Positions 1 through 8,992 of a DNA stretch of 64,000 nt are shown piece by piece; position 1 is the stretch's first letter, and every line of letters starts with the position of its first letter. The notes below the pieces were generated by a model, which ran no database searches, was not told where the DNA came from, and worked only from the letters and a program-made list of their open reading frames with translations. The position numbers and the translations under genes are program-made. This DNA comes from Giardia intestinalis (lineage: Eukaryota): NCBI GenBank assembly GCA_000002435.2, contig CM018792.1; one strand, 5' to 3'.

Positions 1-1428
1 ACAGCCATCTATTCCCACATATGCCTTAGCAGCACTATCAGTGCCTGTTGATGTGCCTAGGGGGTTACTACATGCCAACACGGACTGCTGAGCATTGGTT
101 GCCCCCGGAACCAGGAAGTATCTATTGTTGGCTGCTTCTGTACAGACACCCTCCTTACTTGATGTCTTGCACATGAGGCTACCTGGTTCTGTATTAACCT
201 TGTAACAACCATTCATATACATAAAGTACCCTGTAGTACAAGACTCACAGACATGGTTGTTACAAGTATTACTTTGAGCCTCACTAGCACAGAGACCATC
301 TATAGGATACTTACTGCTATCCCCACAATAGGAACAGTAATGATGCTCTACTCCATCATTGTCGATCACTATAGCATCGCAGGCCCCTGCTGTCCCACCA
401 CACGCAGTATCATCTTCACAGGCCTTTGTACATGTGACCCCAGTTGAAGGTTCTCCACTGGGTCTGTAGTTCACCTTGCATTTTGTGCACTTAAATGTGC
501 CACTATTTGTGCACTCGGCACACCCCTCGATGCCACCTTTGGTTGTGTCACTACATGAGATGCACTCACCAGAGGAGCTATCCTTCAAGAAGTACCCTTG
601 CTTACATGTCAGGCACTTACTCGGATCTTCCTTCTTGGAGCATGTCGCACAGCCTGGAGCGCACGGATCGCATGTAAAGCCCCCGCTTCTGTTCTCGATG
701 TATCCCTCCAGGCATTCTGTGCAGGCTGGATTGGCACTCGCTGTCTTCGTGCAAGCCTTACAGCCAGCAATGCCTTTGTTCTTTTGTTCTGAATCCGACG
801 CTGCGGGATCACTGCACAAACGACACACGTTGTCCTCGGTCATAAAGAGACCGTTATCAGCTCCTTGACACCCGGCGTAGTTCTTCGCCACGCAGGTCGA
901 GGTTCCATCAAGGGTCGTCCTGGGGATCTTGGTTCCATCATCGCCACACTTACTGCACTTCGGCTTCTTGGTAGTCGAATCAACTTCACACTGGGTACAG
1001 CTGGGATCTATCGTACTACATTCCTTGCACGTTCTGGTAGCTTCGTCAGTATAGTGTGTGCCTGTGCATGAGCCAGCTACGACACAATCAGTCCCCTTCA
1101 GGTACTTCCCCGCTACGCAGAGGGTGCATGCATTCTGACCGGTTCCACTACACGTCTCGCAGTCGGTATGACATTTGACACATGCACCGTTACCATCTTT
1201 ATAGTACCCTGCTTGACACTCTGTACACGTGGCAGCTCCTGGACTACCACTTGGTTCCGTGCACTTGAGGCAGTTAGCCACTCCTTTGTTCTCATTCGCT
1301 CCCGTGGCATCATGGCACAGGATGCACTCCCCACCAGGGGTCACCTTCTCTGCCCTGTTCTGGAATATGTACTGACTATCTGTATTACAAGCAGTGCACA
1401 GTCCATTACTGGCCTTTGTACATATCAC
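1..1428 (-). CDS. Partial Giardia variant-specific surface protein (VSP) cassette. Its 5' end is inside the window at ~1428, beginning GTG-ATA-TGT = VICTKAS. The 3' part runs off the window start. It is a near-identical copy of 9323..10750.
   Basis: Translations of the overlapping ORFs in 1..1494 are identical to those of 9323..10816 (constant offset 9322). The protein is CXXC-rich and VSP-like. No ATG or signal peptide lies at its 5' end. Confidence 0.8.
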   Translation of the reverse strand, partial: MICTKASNGLCTACNTDSQYIFQNRAEKVTPGGECILCHDATGANENKGVANCLKCTEPSGSPGAATCTECQAGYYKDGNGACVKCHTDCETCSGTGQNACTLCVAGKYLKGTDCVVAGSCTGTHYTDEATRTCKECSTIDPSCTQCEVDSTTKKPKCSKCGDDGTKIPRTTLDGTSTCVAKNYAGCQGADNGLFMTEDNVCRLCSDPAASDSEQKNKGIAGCKACTKTASANPACTECLEGYIENRSGGFTCDPCAPGCATCSKKEDPSKCLTCKQGYFLKDSSSGECISCSDTTKGGIEGCAECTNSGTFKCTKCKVNYRPSGEPSTGVTCTKACEDDTACGGTAGACDAIVIDNDGVEHHYCSYCGDSSKYPIDGLCASEAQSNTCNNHVCESCTTGYFMYMNGCYKVNTEPGSLMCKTSSKEGVCTEAANNRYFLVPGATNAQQSVLACSNPLGTSTGTDSAAKAYVGIDGC

Positions 1429-1495
1429 ACTCCACTATCACACTATCACCCTCTATTACCCATTATCACACATTGTATAGCATTCACTACCTAAG
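1429..1495 (-). repeat. VSP inter-cassette spacer. It holds the extended poly(A) signal of the upstream unit (gene-strand TGA CTTAGGTAGTGAATGCTATACAATG) and then degenerate ~10-nt GTGATAGTG-like repeats.
   Basis: Read directly from the sequence. It is identical to spacer 10751..10817. AGTGAAT matches the Giardia AGTRAAY poly(A) consensus. Confidence 0.75.
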
Positions 1496-3229
1496 TCACG
1501 CCTTCCCCCTGCACACGAACCACCAGCAGAGGAAGCCCACGAGGCCCCCCACGACAGCGACCACAGCCACGGAGATCCCCGCGATGGCCCCCGCGGAGAG
1601 CCCGCTCCTGTTGGCGCCAGAGGACACACACTTACCATTGTCTAGACTGAAGCCACTGTTGCACTCCCCACATATATTATCCATCACACAGCTCTTACAA
1701 CCACCCACAGAGCACAGGACACACCCACTGCCGTCCCTGTTGGGCTTCCTATCACTGTCACAGGAGGTACAGACAGCGGGGGTCATACCAGCTGTTGTTA
1801 GAGCTGTCGGGGCTGTGCACTGGGAGCAGCCATCTACCCCCACATATGCCTTAGCAGTATTACCAGTGCCTGTCAGTGTGCCAAGGGGGTTACTACAAGC
1901 CAACACAGACTGATCAGTGTTGGATGCACCAGGCACTACGAAGTACCTATTGTTGGCTGCTTCTGTGCAGATCCCAGTATTACCTGCTGTCTTGCACATG
2001 AAGCTACCAGGAGCCTTCTGAGTGCTATAACAGCCACCCATATATAAGAAATATCCTGTAGTACAAGACTCACAGACATGGTTGTTACAAGTATTACTTT
2101 GAGCCTCACTAGCACAGAGACCATCTATAGGATACTTACTGCTATCCCCACAGTATGAACAATAGTGCTTTGTGGTGCCCTGATCATCTATTATCATGGC
2201 ATCACAGGCGCCAGAGGTACCACCGCAAGCCGTTGTATCCTCGCAGGTCTTTGTACATGTGACCCCAGTTGAAGGGGTACCGTTTTGCTTGTAGTTGGGC
2301 TTACAGGAGTTGCAGGTCAACGAGCCAGAGAAGGTGCACGTTGCACATCCATCGATGCCCCCCTGTGCATTATCACAAGCAACGCACTCACCAGTAGGAC
2401 CACTGCCTTTCATGAAGAATCCAGGCTTGCATTTAGTACACTGATTATTGCCAGTTTGAGTGCAGGTGGCACAATTATCACCACAGGCTGCGCATGTAAC
2501 CGTACCACTACCACTACTGTAGTATCCAGCTAAGCACTCTGAGCAGGTTGGATTGGCACTTGCTGTCTTCGTGCAAGCCTTACAGCCAGCAATGCCTTTG
2601 TTCTTTGGGTCTGATCCGCTGGTATCGCTGCACAAGACACACGCAGCATCACCATCTGCCTTGAAGTGATCAGCATCCTCGCAGCCAGAGCTTATATCGA
2701 CGCATGTCGTGGTGCCATCGATGGCCGTCTTCACCTTCTTATTGTTATTACAGGCGGTGCACTGGGGCTTACTGACAGTCGCATTGTACTTACAGGTAGT
2801 ACATGCTTGATCTATCGTACTGCATTCCTTGCACGTTCCAGACTCTGGGTCTGGATAAACGGTGCTCGTGCATTGATCACTAGTTACGCAAGTCTTATCA
2901 CCCTTCAAGTACTTCCCCTCTGGACACGATGTGCACTGGGCCGCCGATGTCTCACAGGTCAGACAAGTACCATCACACTTGCTACATGCCTGAAAGTCCT
3001 TGTAGTACCCTGCTTGACAGGCAGTACACGTGGCTGCCCCCTTATTACTATCTGACTTGGTGCATGTGGCGCAGTTAGCCACCCCCGTATACCCATCTGC
3101 TCCCGTGGCATCATGACAGAGTATGCACTCCCTTCCCTTCTCTGGTGCTGTAGCAGGGTTCTGGAATACGTACTTGTTATCTGTCTTACAAGCAGTGCAC
3201 AGTCCATTACTGGCTGCTGTGCATATCAC
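1496..3229 (-). CDS. VSP cassette (577 codons). It has the ...CRGKA C-terminus and a TM helix. It lacks an ATG start and a signal peptide: the first codon is GTG and stop codons lie upstream.
   Basis: The ORF is CXXC-rich, has a GGCY motif, and ends ...AIAGISVAVVAVVGGLVGFLCWWFVCRGKA*. I read codon 3227..3229 as cac, i.e. GTG on the coding strand. The in-frame upstream reading is TAG-TGG-GTG. Confidence 0.85.
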   Translation of the reverse strand: MICTAASNGLCTACKTDNKYVFQNPATAPEKGRECILCHDATGADGYTGVANCATCTKSDSNKGAATCTACQAGYYKDFQACSKCDGTCLTCETSAAQCTSCPEGKYLKGDKTCVTSDQCTSTVYPDPESGTCKECSTIDQACTTCKYNATVSKPQCTACNNNKKVKTAIDGTTTCVDISSGCEDADHFKADGDAACVLCSDTSGSDPKNKGIAGCKACTKTASANPTCSECLAGYYSSGSGTVTCAACGDNCATCTQTGNNQCTKCKPGFFMKGSGPTGECVACDNAQGGIDGCATCTFSGSLTCNSCKPNYKQNGTPSTGVTCTKTCEDTTACGGTSGACDAMIIDDQGTTKHYCSYCGDSSKYPIDGLCASEAQSNTCNNHVCESCTTGYFLYMGGCYSTQKAPGSFMCKTAGNTGICTEAANNRYFVVPGASNTDQSVLACSNPLGTLTGTGNTAKAYVGVDGCSQCTAPTALTTAGMTPAVCTSCDSDRKPNRDGSGCVLCSVGGCKSCVMDNICGECNSGFSLDNGKCVSSGANRSGLSAGAIAGISVAVVAVVGGLVGFLCWWFVCRGKA

Positions 3230-3265
3230 CCACTATCACACATTGTACAGCATTCACTACCCAAG
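3230..3265 (-). repeat. VSP inter-cassette spacer: poly(A) signal CTTGGGTAGTGAATGCTGTACAATG plus a short GTGATAGTG-like repeat.
   Basis: Seen in the sequence. It is homologous to the other spacers. Confidence 0.7.
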
Positions 3266-5032
3266 TCACGCCTTCCCCCTGCACACGAACCACCAGCAGA
3301 GGAAGCCCACGAGGCCCCCCACGACAGCGACCACAGCGACGGAGATCCCCGCGATGGCCCCCGTGGAGAGCCCGCTCCTGTTGGTACTCATAGACACACA
3401 GGAGGTCCCACTGCTGTCTAGACTGAAGCCACTGTTGCACTCCCCACACACATCATCCACCACACAGCTCTTGCAATCACCCACAGAGCACAGCACACAC
3501 CCGGTGCCATCCTTGTTGGGCTTCTTATCACTGTCACAGGAGGTGCATGTAGCGGCAGTCATACCACCATCAGACAGAGCTGTTGGGGCCGTGCATGCTG
3601 AGCAGTTGAGTACCCCAACGTATGCCTTAGCATTGTCTTGAGTACCTATTAGTGTGCCTAATGGGTTACCACATGCTAGTACAGACTGCTGAGCATTGGT
3701 TGCCTCTGGGACTACGAAGTATCTATTGTTGGCCGCTTCTGTGCATATCCCAGTATTACCTGCTGTCTTGCACATGAAGCTACCAGGAGCCTTCTGAGTG
3801 CTATAACAGCCACCCATGTATAGGAAGTAGTTGTTGGTGCACTGTGTACATACACCATTAGCACAAGTATTCCCAGCCTTTTGAGCCTCACTAGCACAGA
3901 GACCATCTATAGGAGCTTGTGAACTATCTCCACAATAGGAACAGTAGTGCTTTGTGGTGCCCTGATCATCTATTACGATGGCATCACAAGAGCCAGCTGT
4001 CCCCCCACAAGCCGTGGGGTCCTCGCAGGTCTTCTCTGTGCATGTATAGTTGTCTGAGGTTCCAGCGGGCTTCCTGTTAGGCTTGCACTTTGTGCACTTG
4101 AGAGGTCCTGTAGACTCCTTTGTGCACTCGGCACACCCATCGATGCCCCCCTGTGCATTATCACAAGCAACGCACTCACCAGTAGGACCATTGCCTTTCA
4201 TGAAGAACCCAGGCTTGCATGTATCACACTTATCATTGCCAGTTTGAGTGCAGGTGGCACAGTTAGCACCTGGACAAGCGGTGCATGTAACCGTACCACT
4301 ACCACTACTGTAGTATCCATCGAGGCACTCCGAGCAGGTCGGCGGTGTCGCCGAGTCCTTGGTACACTTCTTACACCCGGCAATGCCCTGGTAATTTGGA
4401 TCGGCTCCAGCTGAAACGGTACTGCATAAAACACATGTTTTGTCCTCCTTCATAAATAGGGCCTCGTCAGCGCCTTTACATCCAGCGTAGTCTTTTGTCA
4501 CGCACGTCGAGGTCCCATCAAGGGCCGTCCTGGGGATCTTACTGTTATCACAAGCTGTGCACTTCGGCTTCTTGGTAGTCGAATCAACCTCACACTGGGT
4601 ACATGCTTGATCTATCGTGTTGCAAGGAAGGCACTTCCCCGACTCCGGGTCAGCATAAGTGTTTCCAGTGCATCCATTATTATTCACGCATGACTTGTCA
4701 GTCTTCAGGTACTTCCCCTCTGGACACGATGTACACTGATTCGGACCACTTCCATCGCAGGTCAGACAAGACTGATCACACTGCATACATACCAGAGAGT
4801 CCTTGTAGTATCCATCTTGGCAGGTATCACACGTGGCAGCCCCTGGACTATTAGCTGGTGCCGTGCACTTGAGGCAATTAGCCACTCCCTTGTTCTCATT
4901 CGCTCCCGTGGCATCATGGCACAGGATGCACTCATTACCAGGGGTCACTGTCGTAGCCTTGTTCTGGAATATGTACTGGTTATCTACCTTACAAGCAGTG
5001 CACACTCCATCACTGGCTGCTGTGCATATCAC
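3266..5032 (-). CDS. VSP cassette (588 codons) ending CRGKA. It has no ATG or signal peptide and starts GTG-ATA-TGC = VICTAAS.
   Basis: Same architecture as 1496..3229. I read codon 5030..5032 as cac (GTG). Confidence 0.85.
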   Translation of the reverse strand: MICTAASDGVCTACKVDNQYIFQNKATTVTPGNECILCHDATGANENKGVANCLKCTAPANSPGAATCDTCQDGYYKDSLVCMQCDQSCLTCDGSGPNQCTSCPEGKYLKTDKSCVNNNGCTGNTYADPESGKCLPCNTIDQACTQCEVDSTTKKPKCTACDNSKIPRTALDGTSTCVTKDYAGCKGADEALFMKEDKTCVLCSTVSAGADPNYQGIAGCKKCTKDSATPPTCSECLDGYYSSGSGTVTCTACPGANCATCTQTGNDKCDTCKPGFFMKGNGPTGECVACDNAQGGIDGCAECTKESTGPLKCTKCKPNRKPAGTSDNYTCTEKTCEDPTACGGTAGSCDAIVIDDQGTTKHYCSYCGDSSQAPIDGLCASEAQKAGNTCANGVCTQCTNNYFLYMGGCYSTQKAPGSFMCKTAGNTGICTEAANNRYFVVPEATNAQQSVLACGNPLGTLIGTQDNAKAYVGVLNCSACTAPTALSDGGMTAATCTSCDSDKKPNKDGTGCVLCSVGDCKSCVVDDVCGECNSGFSLDSSGTSCVSMSTNRSGLSTGAIAGISVAVVAVVGGLVGFLCWWFVCRGKA

Positions 5033-5099
5033 ACTCCACTATCACACATTATCACACTATCACCTTCTATCACACATTGTACAGCATTCACTACCTAAG
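5033..5099 (-). repeat. VSP inter-cassette spacer: poly(A) signal CTTAGGTAGTGAATGCTGTACAATG plus about four degenerate decamer repeats (cactatcaca / cattatcaca on the plus strand).
   Basis: Seen in the sequence. Confidence 0.7.
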
Positions 5100-7070
5100 T
5101 CACGCCTTCCCCCTGCACACGAACCACCAGCAGAGGAAGCCCACGAGGCCCCCCACGACAGCGATGACAGCCACGGAGATCCCTGCTATGGCACCAGTAC
5201 TGAGGCCGCTTCTGTTGCCCCCGCTGGGCTTGGTGGACACGCACGCCTCACCCTCCAGCCTGTAGTCGTCCCCACACTGGCCGCACTTGTTCTCCTCGCT
5301 GCACCTGACGCACCCGTCGATACTGCAGGCGATGCACTGGGAGCCGTCCAGGCTGGGCCTCTGGTCTTTACTGGTACAGCCCTCGCACTTATCGCCTGCT
5401 CCACAGTGCGAACATCCACTAACGGTACATGCGAAGCACCCGCTCCCAGCCAGGTTGGGCTTGTTGTTGCCGCTACACGCTGTGCACGTGGCGGGGGCCA
5501 TGCCAGGAGCCTCTAGCTGTGTCGGGGCTGTACATGCTGAGCAGCCATCTACTCCCACATATGCCTTAGCAGTATCACCAGTGCCTGTCAGTGTGCCTAG
5601 GGGGTTGCTACAAGCCAACACGGACTGATCAGTGTTGGATGCCCCTGGGACCAGGAAGTACTTATTACTTGCTGCCTCTGTGCATATCCCATTACTACTT
5701 GATGCCTTGCACATGAAGCTACCTGGTTCTTGACCAACCTTATAACAGCCTCCCATATATAAGAAGTACCCTTGAGCACACTGTGTACATGTATGACTGT
5801 CACAGGTATTAGTTCCTTTCTTATTATTATCACTAGTACATATACCATCAATAGGGAACTTATTAGCCTCTCCACAGTAAGAACAATAGTGCTTTGTGGT
5901 GCCCTGATCATCTATTATCATGGCATCACAGGCGCCAGAGGTACCACCGCAAGCCGTTGTATCCTCGCAGGTCTTTGTACATGTGACCCCAGTTGAAGGG
6001 GTACCGTTTTGCTTGTAGTTGGGCTTACAGGAGTTGCAGGTCAACGAGCCAGAGAAGGTGCACGTTGCACATCCATCGATGCCCCCCTGTGCATTATCAC
6101 AAGCAACGCACTCACCAGTAGGACCATTGCCTTTCATGAAGAACCCAGGCTTGCATGTATCACACTTATCATTGCCAGTTTGAGTGCAGGTGGCACAGTT
6201 AGCACCTGGACAAGCGGTGCATGTAACCGTACCACTACCACTACTGTAGTATCCATCGAGGCACTCCGAGCAGGTCGGCGGTGTCGCCGAGTCCTTGGTA
6301 CACTTCTTACACCCGGCAATGCCCTGGTAATTTGGATCGGCTCCAGCTGAAACGGTACTGCATAAAACACATGTTTTGTCCTCCTTCATAAATAGGGCCT
6401 CGTCAGCGCCTTTACATCCAGCGTAGTCTTTTGTCACGCACGTCGAGGTCCCATCAAGGGCCGTCCTGGGGATCTTACTGTTATCACAAGCTGTGCACTT
6501 CGGCTTCTTGGTAGTCGAATCAACCTCACACTGGGTACATGCTTGATCTATCGTGTTGCAAGGAAGGCACTTCCCCGACTCCGGGTCAGCATAAGTGTTT
6601 CCAGTGCATCCATTATTATTCACGCATGACTTGTCAGTCTTCAGGTACTTCCCCTCTGGACACGATGTGCAATGATTCGGACCACTTCCATCGCAGGTCA
6701 GACAGGACGGATCACACTTCTCACATGCATCACCCTTCTTAATGTATCCATCTTGGCAGACAGTGCATGTGGCCGGTCCGCTAGTGCCCGTGTGGGAGCA
6801 TTCTGAGCATCCAGCGACTCCCATGACCCCGTTTCTATCTATAGTATCGGAGCACAAGATGCACTCACTACCCTTCTCTGATGGTGTAACTGGGTTCTTG
6901 AACAGGCCGTTAGCTGTATTACAAGCAGTGCACAGTCCTCCCTCAGCCTTTGTGCATATCTCACTGCCAGGGTGTGCATCCTTGTTGTAGCACCCGCCCA
7001 TGAAGAGGAGTCTCATACTATCACTATCACCCCCACACCACATAGCACTATCACTATCACTGTACAGCAT
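5100..7070 (-). CDS. VSP cassette (656 codons) ending CRGKA. Its apparent ATG is the ATG embedded in the upstream unit's poly(A) signal (AGTGAATGCTG). Its N-terminal extension translates the spacer repeats (MLYSDSDSAMWCGGDSDSM...) and then a partial GGCY module. There is no signal peptide.
   Basis: The translation MLYSDSDS... corresponds to the GTGATAGTG repeats read in frame. SEICTKAEGGLCTAC aligns with the start point of the other cassettes. Confidence 0.8.
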   Translation of the reverse strand: MLYSDSDSAMWCGGDSDSMRLLFMGGCYNKDAHPGSEICTKAEGGLCTACNTANGLFKNPVTPSEKGSECILCSDTIDRNGVMGVAGCSECSHTGTSGPATCTVCQDGYIKKGDACEKCDPSCLTCDGSGPNHCTSCPEGKYLKTDKSCVNNNGCTGNTYADPESGKCLPCNTIDQACTQCEVDSTTKKPKCTACDNSKIPRTALDGTSTCVTKDYAGCKGADEALFMKEDKTCVLCSTVSAGADPNYQGIAGCKKCTKDSATPPTCSECLDGYYSSGSGTVTCTACPGANCATCTQTGNDKCDTCKPGFFMKGNGPTGECVACDNAQGGIDGCATCTFSGSLTCNSCKPNYKQNGTPSTGVTCTKTCEDTTACGGTSGACDAMIIDDQGTTKHYCSYCGEANKFPIDGICTSDNNKKGTNTCDSHTCTQCAQGYFLYMGGCYKVGQEPGSFMCKASSSNGICTEAASNKYFLVPGASNTDQSVLACSNPLGTLTGTGDTAKAYVGVDGCSACTAPTQLEAPGMAPATCTACSGNNKPNLAGSGCFACTVSGCSHCGAGDKCEGCTSKDQRPSLDGSQCIACSIDGCVRCSEENKCGQCGDDYRLEGEACVSTKPSGGNRSGLSTGAIAGISVAVIAVVGGLVGFLCWWFVCRGKA

Positions 7071-7082
7071 TCACTACCTAAG
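7071..7082 (-). repeat. Minimal 12-nt spacer between the stop of unit 7083..8870 and the apparent ATG of unit 5100..7070. It is part of the conserved poly(A)-signal block.
   Basis: Seen in the sequence. My own base counting is off by one around here, so I used the track coordinates. Confidence 0.5.
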
Positions 7083-8870
7083 TCACGCCTTCCCCCTGCA
7101 CAGGAACCACCAGCAGAGGAAGCCCACGAGGCCCCCCACGACAGCGACCACGGCGACGGCAATGCCCGCGATGGCGCCCGTGGAGAGCCCGCTCCTGTTG
7201 GTGCTCGTAGACACACAGGAGGTCCCACTGCTGTCAGGGCTGTATCCACTGTTGCACACACAGACAGAGTTATCATCAGTGGAGTTGCTGGGGCAGCCAT
7301 CCACGCATGACTTCCTCCCAGGGCTCACCTTCTTACCACTACTACACACCTCGCACATGTCATCCCTGTTGCAGTGGGAGCATCCACTAATGGCACATGA
7401 GAAGCACCCACTGCCGTCCCTGTTGGGCTTCCTATCACTGTCACAGGAGGTACACACAGCAGCAGCCATACCACCCTCAGTCAGAGCTGTTGGGGCTGTG
7501 CACTGTGAGCAGCCATCCACCCCCACGTATGCCTTAGCAGTATCACCAGTGCCTGTCAGTGTGCCTAGGGGGTTGCTACAAGCCAACACGGACTGATCAG
7601 TGTTGGATGCCCCTGGGACCAGGAAGTACTTATTACTTGCTGCCTCTGTGCATATCCCATTACTACTTGATGCCTTGCACATGAAGCTACCTGGTTCTTG
7701 ACCAACCTTATAACAGCCTCCCATATATAAGAAGTACCCTTGAGCACACTGTGTACATGTATGACTGTTACAAGTATTACCTTTCTTATCAGTAGCACAG
7801 ATGCCATCAATTGGTACCTTAGTACTCTCCCCACAGTATGAGCAATAGTGAAGCTCCTTTCCATCAGCACCGATCACTATGGCATCACAAGAGCCAGCTG
7901 TCCCCCCGCATGCAGTCTCATCTTCACAGGTCTTTGTACACGTATAGTCATCCCCTGCATCTCCATTAAGCTGTTTCTTATAGTTAGGCTTACAGTCAGT
8001 ACATTTGAATCCACCACTGTTAGAGCATGCACTGCACCCATCGCGGCCACCATTTGCTGTATCACTACATGAGATGCACTCACCAGAGGAGCTATCCTTC
8101 AAGAAGTACCCTTGCTTGCAGGTCGTGCATTGGTCTTTTGTATCCTTAGCACAGGTGGCACAGTTCTCACCACAGGCTGTGCATGTAGCGGTATTACCAC
8201 TTGCACTATTGTAATATCCATCGAGGCACTTTGTACATGTAGTTTTAGAGGAGCAGGTATCACAACCTAGAATCCCACCATTTTTAGTATCACCACATGG
8301 AACACAAGCTTTTGGAGATTGTTCAAGGAAGTGCGTATTGCCACTTGTGCACTCTGCCTCCGCAACACACGTCGCTGACCCATCGGGGTTCACCTTAAGA
8401 AGCAGGTTTCCTCCACTATTACACCCAGTGCACACAGGCTTCTGAAGAGTGTCGCTGTATGCACACGTAGCACATTCATTGACACTTGTGTCCGTGCAGG
8501 CCTTGCATTGGCCTGTTTTTGGGTCTGCATACTTACCATTGTCACATTGATTAGCATCCACACACTTGTCAGCCTTCAGGAACTTCCCCTCAACGCAGGC
8601 GGTACACTGAGTCGGAGTATCAGCTGAGCAGGCAGAGCAGCCCTCTCCGCACTTCACACATGCACTGTCCTTCTTAACGAACCCATCTTGACAGGCAGTA
8701 CATGTGACAGGTCCTGCACTCTGTGGTGCCTGACACTGTGCGCAGTTAGCCACCCCCGTATATCCATCTGCTCCCTTGATATCATGACAGAGGATGCACT
8801 CACTACCCTTCTCTGGTGTTGCAGCAGGGTTCTTGAACAGGCCGTTATCTGCCTTACAAGTAGTGCACAC
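7083..8870 (-). CDS. VSP cassette (595 codons) ending CRGKA. It has no ATG or signal peptide. The stop-to-stop frame begins TAG-TGG-AGT-GAG-ATA = *WSEICTKAEGGVCTTCK (to ~8903).
   Basis: CXXC-rich VSP-like protein. I read codon 8868..8870 as cac (GTG). A stop codon lies at ~8904..8906 upstream. Confidence 0.85.
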   Translation of the reverse strand: MCTTCKADNGLFKNPAATPEKGSECILCHDIKGADGYTGVANCAQCQAPQSAGPVTCTACQDGFVKKDSACVKCGEGCSACSADTPTQCTACVEGKFLKADKCVDANQCDNGKYADPKTGQCKACTDTSVNECATCAYSDTLQKPVCTGCNSGGNLLLKVNPDGSATCVAEAECTSGNTHFLEQSPKACVPCGDTKNGGILGCDTCSSKTTCTKCLDGYYNSASGNTATCTACGENCATCAKDTKDQCTTCKQGYFLKDSSSGECISCSDTANGGRDGCSACSNSGGFKCTDCKPNYKKQLNGDAGDDYTCTKTCEDETACGGTAGSCDAIVIGADGKELHYCSYCGESTKVPIDGICATDKKGNTCNSHTCTQCAQGYFLYMGGCYKVGQEPGSFMCKASSSNGICTEAASNKYFLVPGASNTDQSVLACSNPLGTLTGTGDTAKAYVGVDGCSQCTAPTALTEGGMAAAVCTSCDSDRKPNRDGSGCFSCAISGCSHCNRDDMCEVCSSGKKVSPGRKSCVDGCPSNSTDDNSVCVCNSGYSPDSSGTSCVSTSTNRSGLSTGAIAGIAVAVVAVVGGLVGFLCWWFLCRGKA

Positions 8871-8992
8871 TCCTCCCTCAGCCTTTGTACATATCTCACT
8901 CCACTATCATACTATCACACACTATCACCCATTATCACCCTCTATCACACATTATCACCCATTATCATCACTCATAGCATTCACTACCTAAG
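8871..8992 (-). repeat. Longest VSP inter-cassette spacer (~120 nt). It holds the poly(A) signal CTTAGGTAGTGAATGCTATGAG and about eight degenerate decamer repeats (cattatcacc / ctctatcaca / cactatcata on the plus strand).
   Basis: Seen in the sequence. Confidence 0.75.

Noticed and set aside
8871-8992. Short tandem repeats in the spacers considered as a CRISPR-like array.
   Set aside because: The repeats are ~10 nt and degenerate, with no spacers of the usual 30-40 nt. The host is eukaryotic. They are simple-sequence or minisatellite-like.
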